In this document: one piece after another, positions 19,526 through 28,516 of the stretch
How positions within the stretch are numbered: the first letter of the stretch is position 1
Layout: every line of letters starts with the position of its first letter
DNA from: Deinococcota bacterium
GTDB lineage: Bacteria; Deinococcota; Deinococci; Deinococcales; Thermaceae
DNA length: 64,000 nucleotides
NCBI GenBank assembly: GCA_041695225.1
Contig: JBGFRI010000003.1
Coordinates: forward strand, 64,001-128,000
Direction of reading: 5' to 3'
The notes under the pieces: generated by a model
The model's database searches: none
Told to the model about the DNA's origin: nothing
Seen by the model: the letters and a program-made list of their open reading frames with translations, nothing else
Position numbers and translations under genes: made by a program

Positions 19526-19624
19526 CCCATACCCGCAGAATGTCCGCACCAGATATATGAAGTCTTGGGTCTGGGATCGCGGTACCATTTCTTACACCCA
19601 TACCGCTGAGACGAGGCACAAGTA

Positions 19625-20020
19625 TCAGGACTTTTTGCACCACATTCCGCACCGGCCCTCGCCTTCAAAGCGGATCAGGGTGACATAGCCCTGGCGCTTA
19701 CCTTCGACGCCTTCTTCTTCAAACTGCCAGGCGCCACGGGAATACTTGGTGACCTCGGGCAGGCCATTACGGGCGCTCAAGAAGCGTTTCCGCCAGTGGT
19801 AGCCAAAGGCGGTAACTGTCCCGTTGGTATCCTGTGTGGCTCCCAGAAACGCCCAGTCAAAGCAGTCGTGGCAGGCTTTAGGTAGTACAAAACCACCAGG
19901 GGGCGGGCCAGCCGAACGGAAGCCTTTCTTCCCCCAGATCCGGAGGGTCTCGAGCCAGTTGTCTTCAGTAGTCTCGACCTCAATGATATGTCCTAGCGGG
20001 CTAAACAGCTCGATGCGCAC
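19625..20020 (-). CDS. ddrB: DdrB-like ssDNA binding/annealing protein
   Basis: Colinear with Deinococcus DdrB motifs: P.GG(F/Y)..P, FDW...GA, LP...KYSRGA, YVTL..F.G. Confidence 0.8.
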   Translation of the reverse strand: MRIELFSPLGHIIEVETTEDNWLETLRIWGKKGFRSAGPPPGGFVLPKACHDCFDWAFLGATQDTNGTVTAFGYHWRKRFLSARNGLPEVTKYSRGAWQFEEEGVEGKRQGYVTLIRFEGEGRCGMWCKKS

Positions 20021-20048
20021 AGCATCAGTTTAGCACCACTCATCCAGT

Positions 20049-20077
20049 TTGACAGATGCGTTGCGATCTGTTAATCT
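20049..20077 (+). promoter_or_regulatory. Sigma-70-type promoter with internal inverted repeat
   Basis: TTGACA-N17-TAATCT; ACAGAT/ATCTGT inverted repeat; ATG 6 nt downstream (leaderless). Confidence 0.6.
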
Positions 20078-20083
20078 TGTGTT

Positions 20084-20305
20084 ATGGTACGACGACGTAG
20101 AGGATCTAAAACCCCGGCCCGTACCCTGGCAGCAGCTAAGGCCCGCTCCCATATCACCAGCCGGGCCCCACTGCCGGGCCATATCCGGCGTCAGCTCTGG
20201 GTCTATGCGCCGGAGAAGGCAGTGTTGTGGTTTCGGAGTCTGGGCTCGAGGGAGATGGGTCGGATTATTGCCCGGTTGTATCAAGAGCGGGAGGACGCAA
20301 AATGA
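20084..20305 (+). CDS. Small basic hypothetical protein
   Basis: 73 aa; overlaps the next gene by ATGA. Confidence 0.55.
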   Translation: MVRRRRGSKTPARTLAAAKARSHITSRAPLPGHIRRQLWVYAPEKAVLWFRSLGSREMGRIIARLYQEREDAK

Positions 20306-20640
20306 ACCGTGAAGCAACAACGTTACATCGCCAGGCCATGGAGGCTGCCGATAAAGCCTTTTTAGCCAAGTTGCGCGGTGATTTGGAGGTAGCCCAGGAG
20401 TTTGCCGCGAAAGCCTTTGAGTTGGAAAAGCGAGCCGCTGAGCAGCTTATTAATAGTCAGCCTGGGGCTGAACCATCAAGATCAGTGTTGTTGCGTAGTG
20501 CAGCAGCACTGGCCTTGGCTATTGCAAACTACCAGGAAGCTCGTCGCCTGGTTCATATTGCACTTGAGGGTAATCCACCCGCTGAGATTGCCGTTGAGCT
20601 GGGTGATCTCAAAGAAGAGATAGACCGACATTGTTTCTAG
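20302..20640 (+). CDS. Helical (TPR-like) hypothetical protein
   Basis: GGAGG RBS; LHRQAM...EPSRSVLLRSAA...GNPP.EI motif. Confidence 0.7.
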   Translation: MNREATTLHRQAMEAADKAFLAKLRGDLEVAQEFAAKAFELEKRAAEQLINSQPGAEPSRSVLLRSAAALALAIANYQEARRLVHIALEGNPPAEIAVELGDLKEEIDRHCF

Positions 20641-21680
20641 GAACCGCTGTGAACTACCCCCACCCAGCCCTGCCAGCAGTGATAACGAGCCTGCGTGAAC
20701 TCGAGCAGGACCGCGCCCTGGTGGTAGACCTGAGTAAGGTAATCTACCAGGAGCAGCCCAGGCACCCGGCAGTGCCAATAACGGTAAGCCAGGTCTTCGA
20801 GCTTCTAGCAAAGCACGGCTACCACCGGCTGCCCATGCCCTCGGCTCTGATGTTCGGCTCGGTAGCCGCCGCCCTGGCTACCTGGCGGCTCACCAAAGGA
20901 GCTTACCTATTCGATGCCAGCATCTGGGAGCAGATCCGGGAGACGCCTTTGACGAAGCTACCCCAGGCCCTGCTCCAGCGCCTGCCCGAGCCAGCGCCGC
21001 TTTTGCTCTTCCCTACCCCACTGGACTGGTTAGGCCACCAGGTAGATGCCGCCCACGCCTACTTTGACTGGGACAGCCGGGGCGAGCCTCACCTGGAGCT
21101 GCGCTTTCTCTGCTGGGTACGCCAGGAAGTAGGGCATACAACTCTCTCGGTCGTCCTGGATCTGGACGCCGAGACCCTGGACGACTGCCTGGAGCGCACC
21201 ATGCAGCGCACCTGGAAGGAGCTGGCTGGTGTTCCCAGGTCGGATAAGCTGGTGGGAACCCTTGAGGAGTCGAAGGCATCGGTACGTAACTTGCTCCTGG
21301 CACTGCTCAACACTGTGCTATTTCTCTGTCAGGAGGAGCCGGATCTCTCCGATACACCCCGCCAGCGGCCTCCATCACGAGCCAAGCTCAAGCTGTTGCA
21401 GACTCCCAGGACGCCAAGGGTCATTCAGACCGGTTGGCGGTGGGGTGCTGCGCTGCGCCAGCACCAGGACGAGCAAGCAGCCCAGGCTGGTAAAAAGACG
21501 CTACCCACCGGACGGTCGGTGCAGCCCCATGTACGCAGAGCGCACTGGCATCTGTACTGGACAGGGGAAGGTAGCCGTAAAGACCCCAACAAGGCAACAC
21601 CCCGGCTGAAGTGGGTGGGGGCTACGCTAGTTGGAGGCGAGGTCGAGGCTGTGACGGTGCGCAAAATGGAGGCGTCATGA
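20631..21680 (+). CDS. AcrVA2/FinQ-like protein
   Basis: LATWRLTKGAYLFD, LP..LL.RLPE and the hallmark PHVRRAHWHLYWTG; start may be GTG at 20649. Confidence 0.75.
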   Translation: MFLGTAVNYPHPALPAVITSLRELEQDRALVVDLSKVIYQEQPRHPAVPITVSQVFELLAKHGYHRLPMPSALMFGSVAAALATWRLTKGAYLFDASIWEQIRETPLTKLPQALLQRLPEPAPLLLFPTPLDWLGHQVDAAHAYFDWDSRGEPHLELRFLCWVRQEVGHTTLSVVLDLDAETLDDCLERTMQRTWKELAGVPRSDKLVGTLEESKASVRNLLLALLNTVLFLCQEEPDLSDTPRQRPPSRAKLKLLQTPRTPRVIQTGWRWGAALRQHQDEQAAQAGKKTLPTGRSVQPHVRRAHWHLYWTGEGSRKDPNKATPRLKWVGATLVGGEVEAVTVRKMEAS

Positions 21681-22033
21681 GCAGTGCTCCCACTTATAAG
21701 GCTACCCTCGAGCTCTTCGAGCTGCTTTCAGGCTCTCCCGCCGATACCCACTGGCGGGCCCTGCTCAGAATAGCCACCGCCAGCGATGCAGCCTGGACGC
21801 TCTTTGAGCCATTCCTGGAGATGGAGCAGCGCCGGGTGGAGATGGAAGAGATCGAGCAGGCCCTCCCCGGGCTGAACCTGATCCAGGCCCGGCTGGTGGG
21901 GCTGGCCCTGCATTTTTACCAGGGCTACGGGGCGGTGGATATGGCCGCCCTGGCCGAGGGCCTGGATACCCAGCACTGGGAGGCGGTGCTGGAGGCCCTG
22001 GAGATCTACCGTGCTGGTTTTGTGGAACATTAG
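21677..22033 (+). CDS. Acidic hypothetical protein
   Basis: ATGA overlap with the previous gene, GGAGG RBS, 118 aa. Confidence 0.7.
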   Translation: MSSAPTYKATLELFELLSGSPADTHWRALLRIATASDAAWTLFEPFLEMEQRRVEMEEIEQALPGLNLIQARLVGLALHFYQGYGAVDMAALAEGLDTQHWEAVLEALEIYRAGFVEH

Positions 22034-22069
22034 GCACCTAGTAGATGACGGTGGGGCCTGCATTGAAAC

Positions 22070-22648
22070 GTTTAAGCCAGGTCCTATTTTGGACCTGGCC
22101 CCAGGATGCAGTCGCCAGTTGCATCCCGTTCCCCTTCCCCTCTGGCCTTTTGGCCAGAGCGCCGGCCATCGTCGTGCCTTGATCAGGCTGCCGGCTTCAG
22201 GTTTGTAGCGGTAGCGGGGCCTTAGGGTGTGGCCCTGGTGCAGCCGCGCCTTTGGTACTGCCAGAGACGGACATCGGCCAGCCCGCCCTCCATTCCCGCT
22301 CCACCAGGTGGCGTATAGCTAGCAGGCAAGAGGCCTGTCTACTTAGCCTTCCCATTCCTGGTGTCCTCATGGGAGCCGCAGCTCCCTTAGCCCTACTAGG
22401 TATCCGGTCTTCGTAGGCCCAGAAGGGGGCCCGCCGGACTTGCAACCCGCCTCGGGACGGCAAGGCTCATGGAAATGCAGATGGGAGATTACCCGAGAAG
22501 CCCCCTCCACCTGCTACCGACCACTCACCGTTTGCTAAGCTTTATTGTTTAGCCCAGCAGGCTTCTTTGCGTCTTTACCCCTTTCCCGGTAGCGAAAGGG
22601 GAACTCAGGCACAGGACTAACCCGTTAAACTACCTGAGCGACCATAAG
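22070..22648 (-). ncRNA. Candidate large structured ncRNA
   Basis: No credible ORF; many hairpins and nested stems; minus-strand promoter TTGACA-N16-TATATT at 22681-22654. Confidence 0.45.
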
Positions 22649-22787
22649 TCTGTAATATACCCAACCCACACTGGATGTCAAGTGGAGCTACAGGGTGTCT
22701 GTCATGATGTCGGACTGGACCCATAACAGCTTCAGTCTAGGCAGTGGTCGTATTAGCGATATAATGCACTGTGATAGGAGGTAATAT

Positions 22788-24020
22788 ATGCTGGAAATCA
22801 GAAAAGGCATAATGTACTGGAAAGAAGACTCGCTCGGTCCAATATGGGCTGAAAAACCGACCCAGGCAGTTCAGGCAACTGAAGAGGAGCTGGCCACCCT
22901 GGCCACAAGCCACGGTGAGGAAGGCCCCATCCCCCGCCATCTCCTGCACCAGTGCTTCTTCTGGGTCAGGGGGGAGAGCGTGCCAGAGGACTATATCCCC
23001 TTCAGCAGCACCCTGGGGGTGGGAGTCCCGGGCGTCTACTTCCTGGGCCGCAAGATACAGCCCAGGGATCTGGAAAGTGCTGATGTGCTGAGACTGGCTC
23101 AGTACAAGCTGCACCCCAATCAGCACCAGGGTCTAGCCGCCTGGCGGAGGTTTCCTTGGCTGGGACTACACGACAGAGTCGACTTTCGGGCGGTGGAGGG
23201 AGGCATCTATAAGTGCGATGGCCTCCTGTTGGACTCGAGTGGCGATGTAATCTACCAGTCTGGTGTAGCCCAGCCTAGCGCAGCCTTGCTAGACTGGTTG
23301 GCCCAACAACCGCTATGGGCAGTTAAGGAGTTAAAGACCCGGGCAATCACTGGGTGGAAGATTCACCCGGAGGTACATCCAGGGTGGAAAGAACTTGCCA
23401 CCTGGGAACGAAACCAGGGTAGAGAAGCCTGGGGCCTGTACCAGCATGAGTCCTCGCTTTACCTGGCAGGACCGGGAGTGCTGGTAGAACACAAAACCAG
23501 CAAGCGCAGCCTCCAGCGTATGCTGGAGGCTGGCTACCTGCGCCCTAACGATCCTACCCGCCTGCTCTGGTTGGAGGCCGTTACGGGTAAGCGGCTGGCA
23601 GACGCCCAGCACGGACACACGCAACCAACGGAGGTTTTGTTGCTGGGGGAAAATCTCCTCCTGACGCATTACCATTTTTGGCGTGCGTGTCGTCCCAAGC
23701 AAAAACGCTGGGTCGTAAATTACTCCGGCAACGAGCAGCTGACCCCAGAAGAAATAGACCTGATTGGTCAGCATAATCTGGAGGCGCTTAAAGACTGGGC
23801 GGGGGGTTCCTACGCTTTCCAGGCCTACCTCGGTCTGGTGCGGGGCCAGCCACTGGCTATCTGGAAGCACCGGAACGGGGATCCAGGCTGCAGTACGGTA
23901 CTGACAGCGCTCGACAAAAAGCCAGGCCATGGGCGAGTGTTGCTGCAAGGCTCGCTGAAGGAGGTTGTCGCAGCCGACCACGAAAGCCTCCTGGCCATGG
24001 AGATGCTGACCAGGATCTAG
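22788..24020 (+). CDS. ~400-aa paralog family, copy 3
   Basis: LHQCFFW, GWKIHP, GYLRPNDPT..WLEAVTG, LLAMEMLTRI. Confidence 0.85.
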   Translation: MLEIRKGIMYWKEDSLGPIWAEKPTQAVQATEEELATLATSHGEEGPIPRHLLHQCFFWVRGESVPEDYIPFSSTLGVGVPGVYFLGRKIQPRDLESADVLRLAQYKLHPNQHQGLAAWRRFPWLGLHDRVDFRAVEGGIYKCDGLLLDSSGDVIYQSGVAQPSAALLDWLAQQPLWAVKELKTRAITGWKIHPEVHPGWKELATWERNQGREAWGLYQHESSLYLAGPGVLVEHKTSKRSLQRMLEAGYLRPNDPTRLLWLEAVTGKRLADAQHGHTQPTEVLLLGENLLLTHYHFWRACRPKQKRWVVNYSGNEQLTPEEIDLIGQHNLEALKDWAGGSYAFQAYLGLVRGQPLAIWKHRNGDPGCSTVLTALDKKPGHGRVLLQGSLKEVVAADHESLLAMEMLTRI

Positions 24021-24192
24021 GCAAGGCACAGGTAGAGCACCCGGCTAAGGCTTGTCCCTAGCCGGGTTCTTGTCTAGTTTGCTCCCGCTCATCCCTGGAA
24101 ATAAAGTTACCCCAATTCCTTCTTCTGTAGTATCGCCTTGTCCATCCACGCCGCCCCGGTCTGCAGCCGGCGCAGTTGCGCCACTAGCTGCT

Positions 24193-25122
24193 TCACGCCA
24201 AGAGTTCATCGATTTCTTTAAGTAAGCGGTCAAGTTTGCGGTGCTGTGAAGGTGTCAACTTGCCAACCTTTGCCGGTGCTAGCTTCCGCTTTACCCTGGT
24301 TAGGAAGGAACTAAGCTCGGCTGCAGGCTGCCGATTCAAGCCTTGTTTCAAGACCGCTATCTCGTTCTGTAGTTGCTGTCGGCTAAGGCCCTCGTCGATT
24401 GCCCGCCGGAGTAACAGTGATCGTGGCTCATCTTCCAGTCCTACCAGGAGCTTCGCCTTTGAGTATTCGATCTGACCCTCGCGCACTGCCTTAAGCACCT
24501 CACCGGGGAACTTAAGGATCGGAAGCCGGTGACTGTAGAACGAACTGACGGTAAAGCGCCCAATGGCCTCAAAGAAGCGCTCAACCTCGGCAATAGCCGC
24601 ATTGTAAACACCGGTGTTTACATCTCTTCCTTGAGCCCTATAATAGCCAACACGAACAATCTCGATTATCTCTTCCACGGGCTTCTTGAGCTTCAGACTA
24701 AGCAGTTTGAGGGTGCTGTCGGTCTCGTCGATTGGGTTCAGATCTTCTCTGTTGAGATTCTCCATCAAAGCGATTTCGAGCGCCTCTTCATCGGTAAGGT
24801 CCAGGACAATTGCAGGTACGGTGTCCAGGCCAATAAGCTTGGCTGCATGGTAGCGTCTCTCCCCCGCCACAAGCTCAAACCCCTCGGCGGCCTCACGAAC
24901 AAGTAGTGGCTGCAACACGCCTTTCGCCTTGATACTGGCTGCAAGCTTGTCAAGCATTTCCTGGTCCAGGTACCGGCGGGGTTGGCTAGGACCTGGCCGA
25001 AGCTCGGCCACGGGGATCTGGCGCACGACACTACGCTCGGTCGGCACGCGCGTTTTGCTAAGGATCGCGGTGAATAAATCGCCGCGGTTGATCTTAGGCT
25101 TGGTGGCCATGTCAGCGGGCAA
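24193..25122 (-). CDS. parB: Plasmid partition protein ParB
   Basis: QPRR, GVLQPLLV, AGERRY, ENLNREDLNP; downstream of parA. Confidence 0.92.
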   Translation of the reverse strand: MPADMATKPKINRGDLFTAILSKTRVPTERSVVRQIPVAELRPGPSQPRRYLDQEMLDKLAASIKAKGVLQPLLVREAAEGFELVAGERRYHAAKLIGLDTVPAIVLDLTDEEALEIALMENLNREDLNPIDETDSTLKLLSLKLKKPVEEIIEIVRVGYYRAQGRDVNTGVYNAAIAEVERFFEAIGRFTVSSFYSHRLPILKFPGEVLKAVREGQIEYSKAKLLVGLEDEPRSLLLRRAIDEGLSRQQLQNEIAVLKQGLNRQPAAELSSFLTRVKRKLAPAKVGKLTPSQHRKLDRLLKEIDELLA

Positions 25123-25900
25123 CCTCTATACCCAAGACTTCAAGGAGATCGTTTGTGGCAGAGCGAATCTCTTGATCGGCAGCTTCACCGGGCTTAAACA
25201 CAGGGATGGGCAGACCGGCAAGCTGGGCATCTTTATAGGTAGCCGGGCGGTTATGTAAGGGTGATGAAACGCAGGCTATCGATCTGAGCTGCGTGCGGAT
25301 AGCCTCCAGCGACTCTTGGTCATGCCGGGTACGCTGGTCAAACTGCGTTAAAAGGAACAGACTGATCCGAAGTCTCGGGGAGAGTTCACTGAAACGATCA
25401 ACCATTGTTACGACGGTGTTGATCCCCCGCAAGCCCTTGCTATTGGTCGGAAGCGGAACAATCACGTGGTCAGCCGCAATGACGCTCAAGGTTGAAAGTT
25501 GGCCCAGGCTCGGTGGGGGATCGATCAGCACAAAGTCGTAACCCTCTAACTTCCCCACCGCGTTGCGTAACCGGACGAGGCCGTTAAGCTCGCCCACAAG
25601 CAGCACGTCCAATCGGGCAACATCGAGCTGGCTCGGAATCAGATCAAGGCCGTGAACCCGTAGCGGTCTGGGCAGCTTGAGGTCGGATCGGTTACCGCCG
25701 CTGCTGATGACCGCTGGGAAGATGGTCTGCTCCAGTGCAACATCATCCATGACCCCCAACCATTCGGTGAGGTTGGCTTGCGGGTCGGCATCGATAAGCA
25801 AGACCCGGAAGCCTTGGGCCGCGAGGGTGTACCCTACATCGCGCACGCCGCTGGTTTTACCTACCCCACCCGCATGGTTAAAGAATACTAGAGACCGCAT
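25112..25900 (-). CDS. parA: Plasmid partition ATPase ParA
   Basis: NHAGGVGKT, LIDADPQANLT, IDPPPSLG. Confidence 0.92.
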   Translation of the reverse strand: MRSLVFFNHAGGVGKTSGVRDVGYTLAAQGFRVLLIDADPQANLTEWLGVMDDVALEQTIFPAVISSGGNRSDLKLPRPLRVHGLDLIPSQLDVARLDVLLVGELNGLVRLRNAVGKLEGYDFVLIDPPPSLGQLSTLSVIAADHVIVPLPTNSKGLRGINTVVTMVDRFSELSPRLRISLFLLTQFDQRTRHDQESLEAIRTQLRSIACVSSPLHNRPATYKDAQLAGLPIPVFKPGEAADQEIRSATNDLLEVLGIEVAR

Positions 25901-26333
25901 CACCGCTATCTCCTTCCTCGGCCTTGGCCAACCAGCACTCGCGCCGAAGCGATCCACGCGCCTCACAACTTTTAACCGTGCCCCTGGCGTGCTTTAACCG
26001 CACGGTAGCACCCGCCACCTTCATTACGACCAAGCGGTTAGCAAAGACACTGCGCCCCTTTGTGTCGTCTCTAGGCGTGCAGCATAACGCACTCCAGAAT
26101 CTAGCCCCGCTCGGAGCAAAACAGTAGGTGCGATACATTACGGAAATTATCATAACATCATCTGACTAAACGTTGCGACTCTTGTTTCATCGCAGTGTCC
26201 TCCCCGCGTGCGAGTCTAAAATCTGCGGCCCAAACGTTTAGGGAGCCGGCAATCCCCCGCTCGACCAGCGTTAAATCGACTAGTGTGTGGCTAGCGGCGT
26301 ACAAATGCGTTGATTCCACGGCTACTAACGCAA

Positions 26334-26702
26334 TTGAAACAAAAACCGGGGGGTGCCGACAACGCGCCTTTTTGCCTTAGGAGTTAGACATCTTCGGCTT
26401 CGCGGCTAGCTTTAGAGTCCAGCCACCGGTGTTGATGAAAATTAAAATTTAGTACAACACCATCAGTATTGTTTGTACCTTTAGGTCGGTGCGCCACGCC
26501 GACTCGCGTCTGCTACGCGAAACCCCACGTTATATTGCAACAAAAACCGGCGGCTACGGCTTCAAAAACCGTGGGTTCCTGCTACAAAAACCGGTGGCTA
26601 TTGCAACAAGAACCGGAAAGGCTACTGCAACAAGAACCGGAGCCAAAACAAAAAACGGAGGCGAAGGCTACAAAAACCGGAGGATACTGCAACAAAAACC
26701 GG
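26334..26702 (+). repeat. Iterons / replication origin
   Basis: About nine copies of (T)GC(A/T)ACAA(A/G)AACCGG, mostly ~21-24 bp apart in 26535-26702; AT-rich tract at ~26436-26475. Confidence 0.85.
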
Positions 26703-26790
26703 AGGCATGGACAAGCAACATTTCTTCGTAGAGCACGCAAAATAATCACTCGACTTTTGCAGAAAGGTGTGGTATGGTTCGACGAATATC

Positions 26791-28209
26791 ATGGAGAATG
26801 TGGTATTACAGGAAGCAAAAACCGTAGCAATCCAGCCGCGGCTAATCCCAGGTGATACGGATATTCTCAAAGTTGTTCAGGCTAATGCCTTAGCAACTAG
26901 CGTCCAGGACATGACATTATTAGAGCGCCGCATCATCCTGCTTGCTCTAGCTGTCATTAATCGCTCGGACCAGGAACTTCCTTACGTGCGAATCTACACC
27001 TCGGATATAAAGCGGACTTTTGGCGTAGCATACAACTCGCTTGGTGCGGAACTCAATGAGGCAACTGGAAAATTAATGACGCGCTACGCGGTGTTCTTGC
27101 GAACCAGGCACGGGAGCTACAGTAAAATCAGCTGGGTTAATGAGGTGCATTTTACCTCCGGTCTCGATAGTGAGGACGGCATGTCCTATATCGACATTCA
27201 GCTTCACCCAGCGATAAGTCGTTATGTATTGCAACTTACTGGCCGCTTCTTCTCAGTCCCCGTAGGAGTGCTTGCCAGGTTCCGCAGTATGTACAGCCTG
27301 CGGCTCTGTGAGATCCTCATGGCCGAGTCGCGGGGGGGAAAAGTGCGCCAGGTCAACTTCGACCTGCCTGAGCTTAAGGAAATACTGGGCTGTAATACAA
27401 AGGCATATCACAACTTTAGCAACTTTAGGCAACGCGTGCTGGAGCCAAGCCAAACTGAGAACAAAGAGGCCGGGTTTCTCACCTTTGACTGGGAAACGAT
27501 TAACCGTGGACGCCAGGTGATCGGACTCAAGTTTAGTGTACAGGTGAATCATGGCGCTATGAGTATTGACGACTTCAGGGAGTTTGAGTCGCAGGATCAG
27601 GATATTCGGCGACTGGCGCTAGAAAACTCCATGCGTGAAAGCGGTTTTACGGAGAATCCACGGGCCTATACCGACCGCCTTGGCGTGGATCTGGTGGAAA
27701 GGATCTACACAGAGTGCCGCCAGGTACAGATGCAAAATAAAGGAACGAAGAGCGAAATCCGGAACTTTGGCGGTTTCCTGCACTCACAGTTGAAGCAAGC
27801 GCTTGAGAACCCACCCCCAGCAAAAGGAGCTATTGCTGATGATGGTTTCGAGCACCTCACCCCACAACAGTTGCAGGCTGTGGCTGACAGGCTTGTTCAG
27901 GCATTAGCCGCCGCACGACTCGAATACGTTATGCAGAGGTGGGCAGAACTTGGCGAAGGTGAACAGAATGCCCTCCGCGAGAGAATGATGCGCGAACTCG
28001 ATGAATGGACACTAGCAGCTTTGCGTAAAGCGGGTGGTGAGGAGGGAGTAGCTTTCCACAGCGCTATACGCCGCATCCTAGAAGCAGAGGGCCTTACGTA
28101 CCCAGCACCCTTAGCATCCATCCGAGCCTTTGTCTCAGATGATGGTCTCGCCAAATACCGGCCTGATCTGCGCCAGAAAATTCTGCGGTACGCCGAGGAA
28201 GCGGAGTAG
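26791..28209 (+). CDS. Rep_3-family replication initiator
   Basis: VVQANAL, F.S.YS.RL.E.L, NF.QRVLEP, GRQVIGLKF; directly after the iterons. Confidence 0.9.
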   Translation: MENVVLQEAKTVAIQPRLIPGDTDILKVVQANALATSVQDMTLLERRIILLALAVINRSDQELPYVRIYTSDIKRTFGVAYNSLGAELNEATGKLMTRYAVFLRTRHGSYSKISWVNEVHFTSGLDSEDGMSYIDIQLHPAISRYVLQLTGRFFSVPVGVLARFRSMYSLRLCEILMAESRGGKVRQVNFDLPELKEILGCNTKAYHNFSNFRQRVLEPSQTENKEAGFLTFDWETINRGRQVIGLKFSVQVNHGAMSIDDFREFESQDQDIRRLALENSMRESGFTENPRAYTDRLGVDLVERIYTECRQVQMQNKGTKSEIRNFGGFLHSQLKQALENPPPAKGAIADDGFEHLTPQQLQAVADRLVQALAAARLEYVMQRWAELGEGEQNALRERMMRELDEWTLAALRKAGGEEGVAFHSAIRRILEAEGLTYPAPLASIRAFVSDDGLAKYRPDLRQKILRYAEEAE

Positions 28210-28516
28210 CAGGAGTCTCCGGTTTTTGTTGCAATGCAGATCGCCGCACCCAGGCCGGATGCAAAGTCTCTCATGAAGGCTGAATATACCTGACCAATTT
28301 TATCGCGCAAGCCACTCCCTTCAGGAATGTGGGCTCCCCGCGCTAAAGCGCAAGGCTTTCTGGCGCAGATCCTGTAAGCGCCGGGCGTCCAGGCAGCACA
28401 CCTGGTCTATCGCCGCGTAATCCTTTTTGTCGCAAAAACACTAACTGGATGCGGTTAGGAACAACCTCTCATAGAAGCTGACTATACCTAACACCGATAG
28501 GAGATAATAAGCAAAT

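Noticed and set aside
20021..20100. RDRM/DdrO box upstream of ddrB
   Set aside because: No acceptable 17-bp match found.
26469..26870. ORFs over the iteron region
   Set aside because: Low-complexity translations of the iterons.
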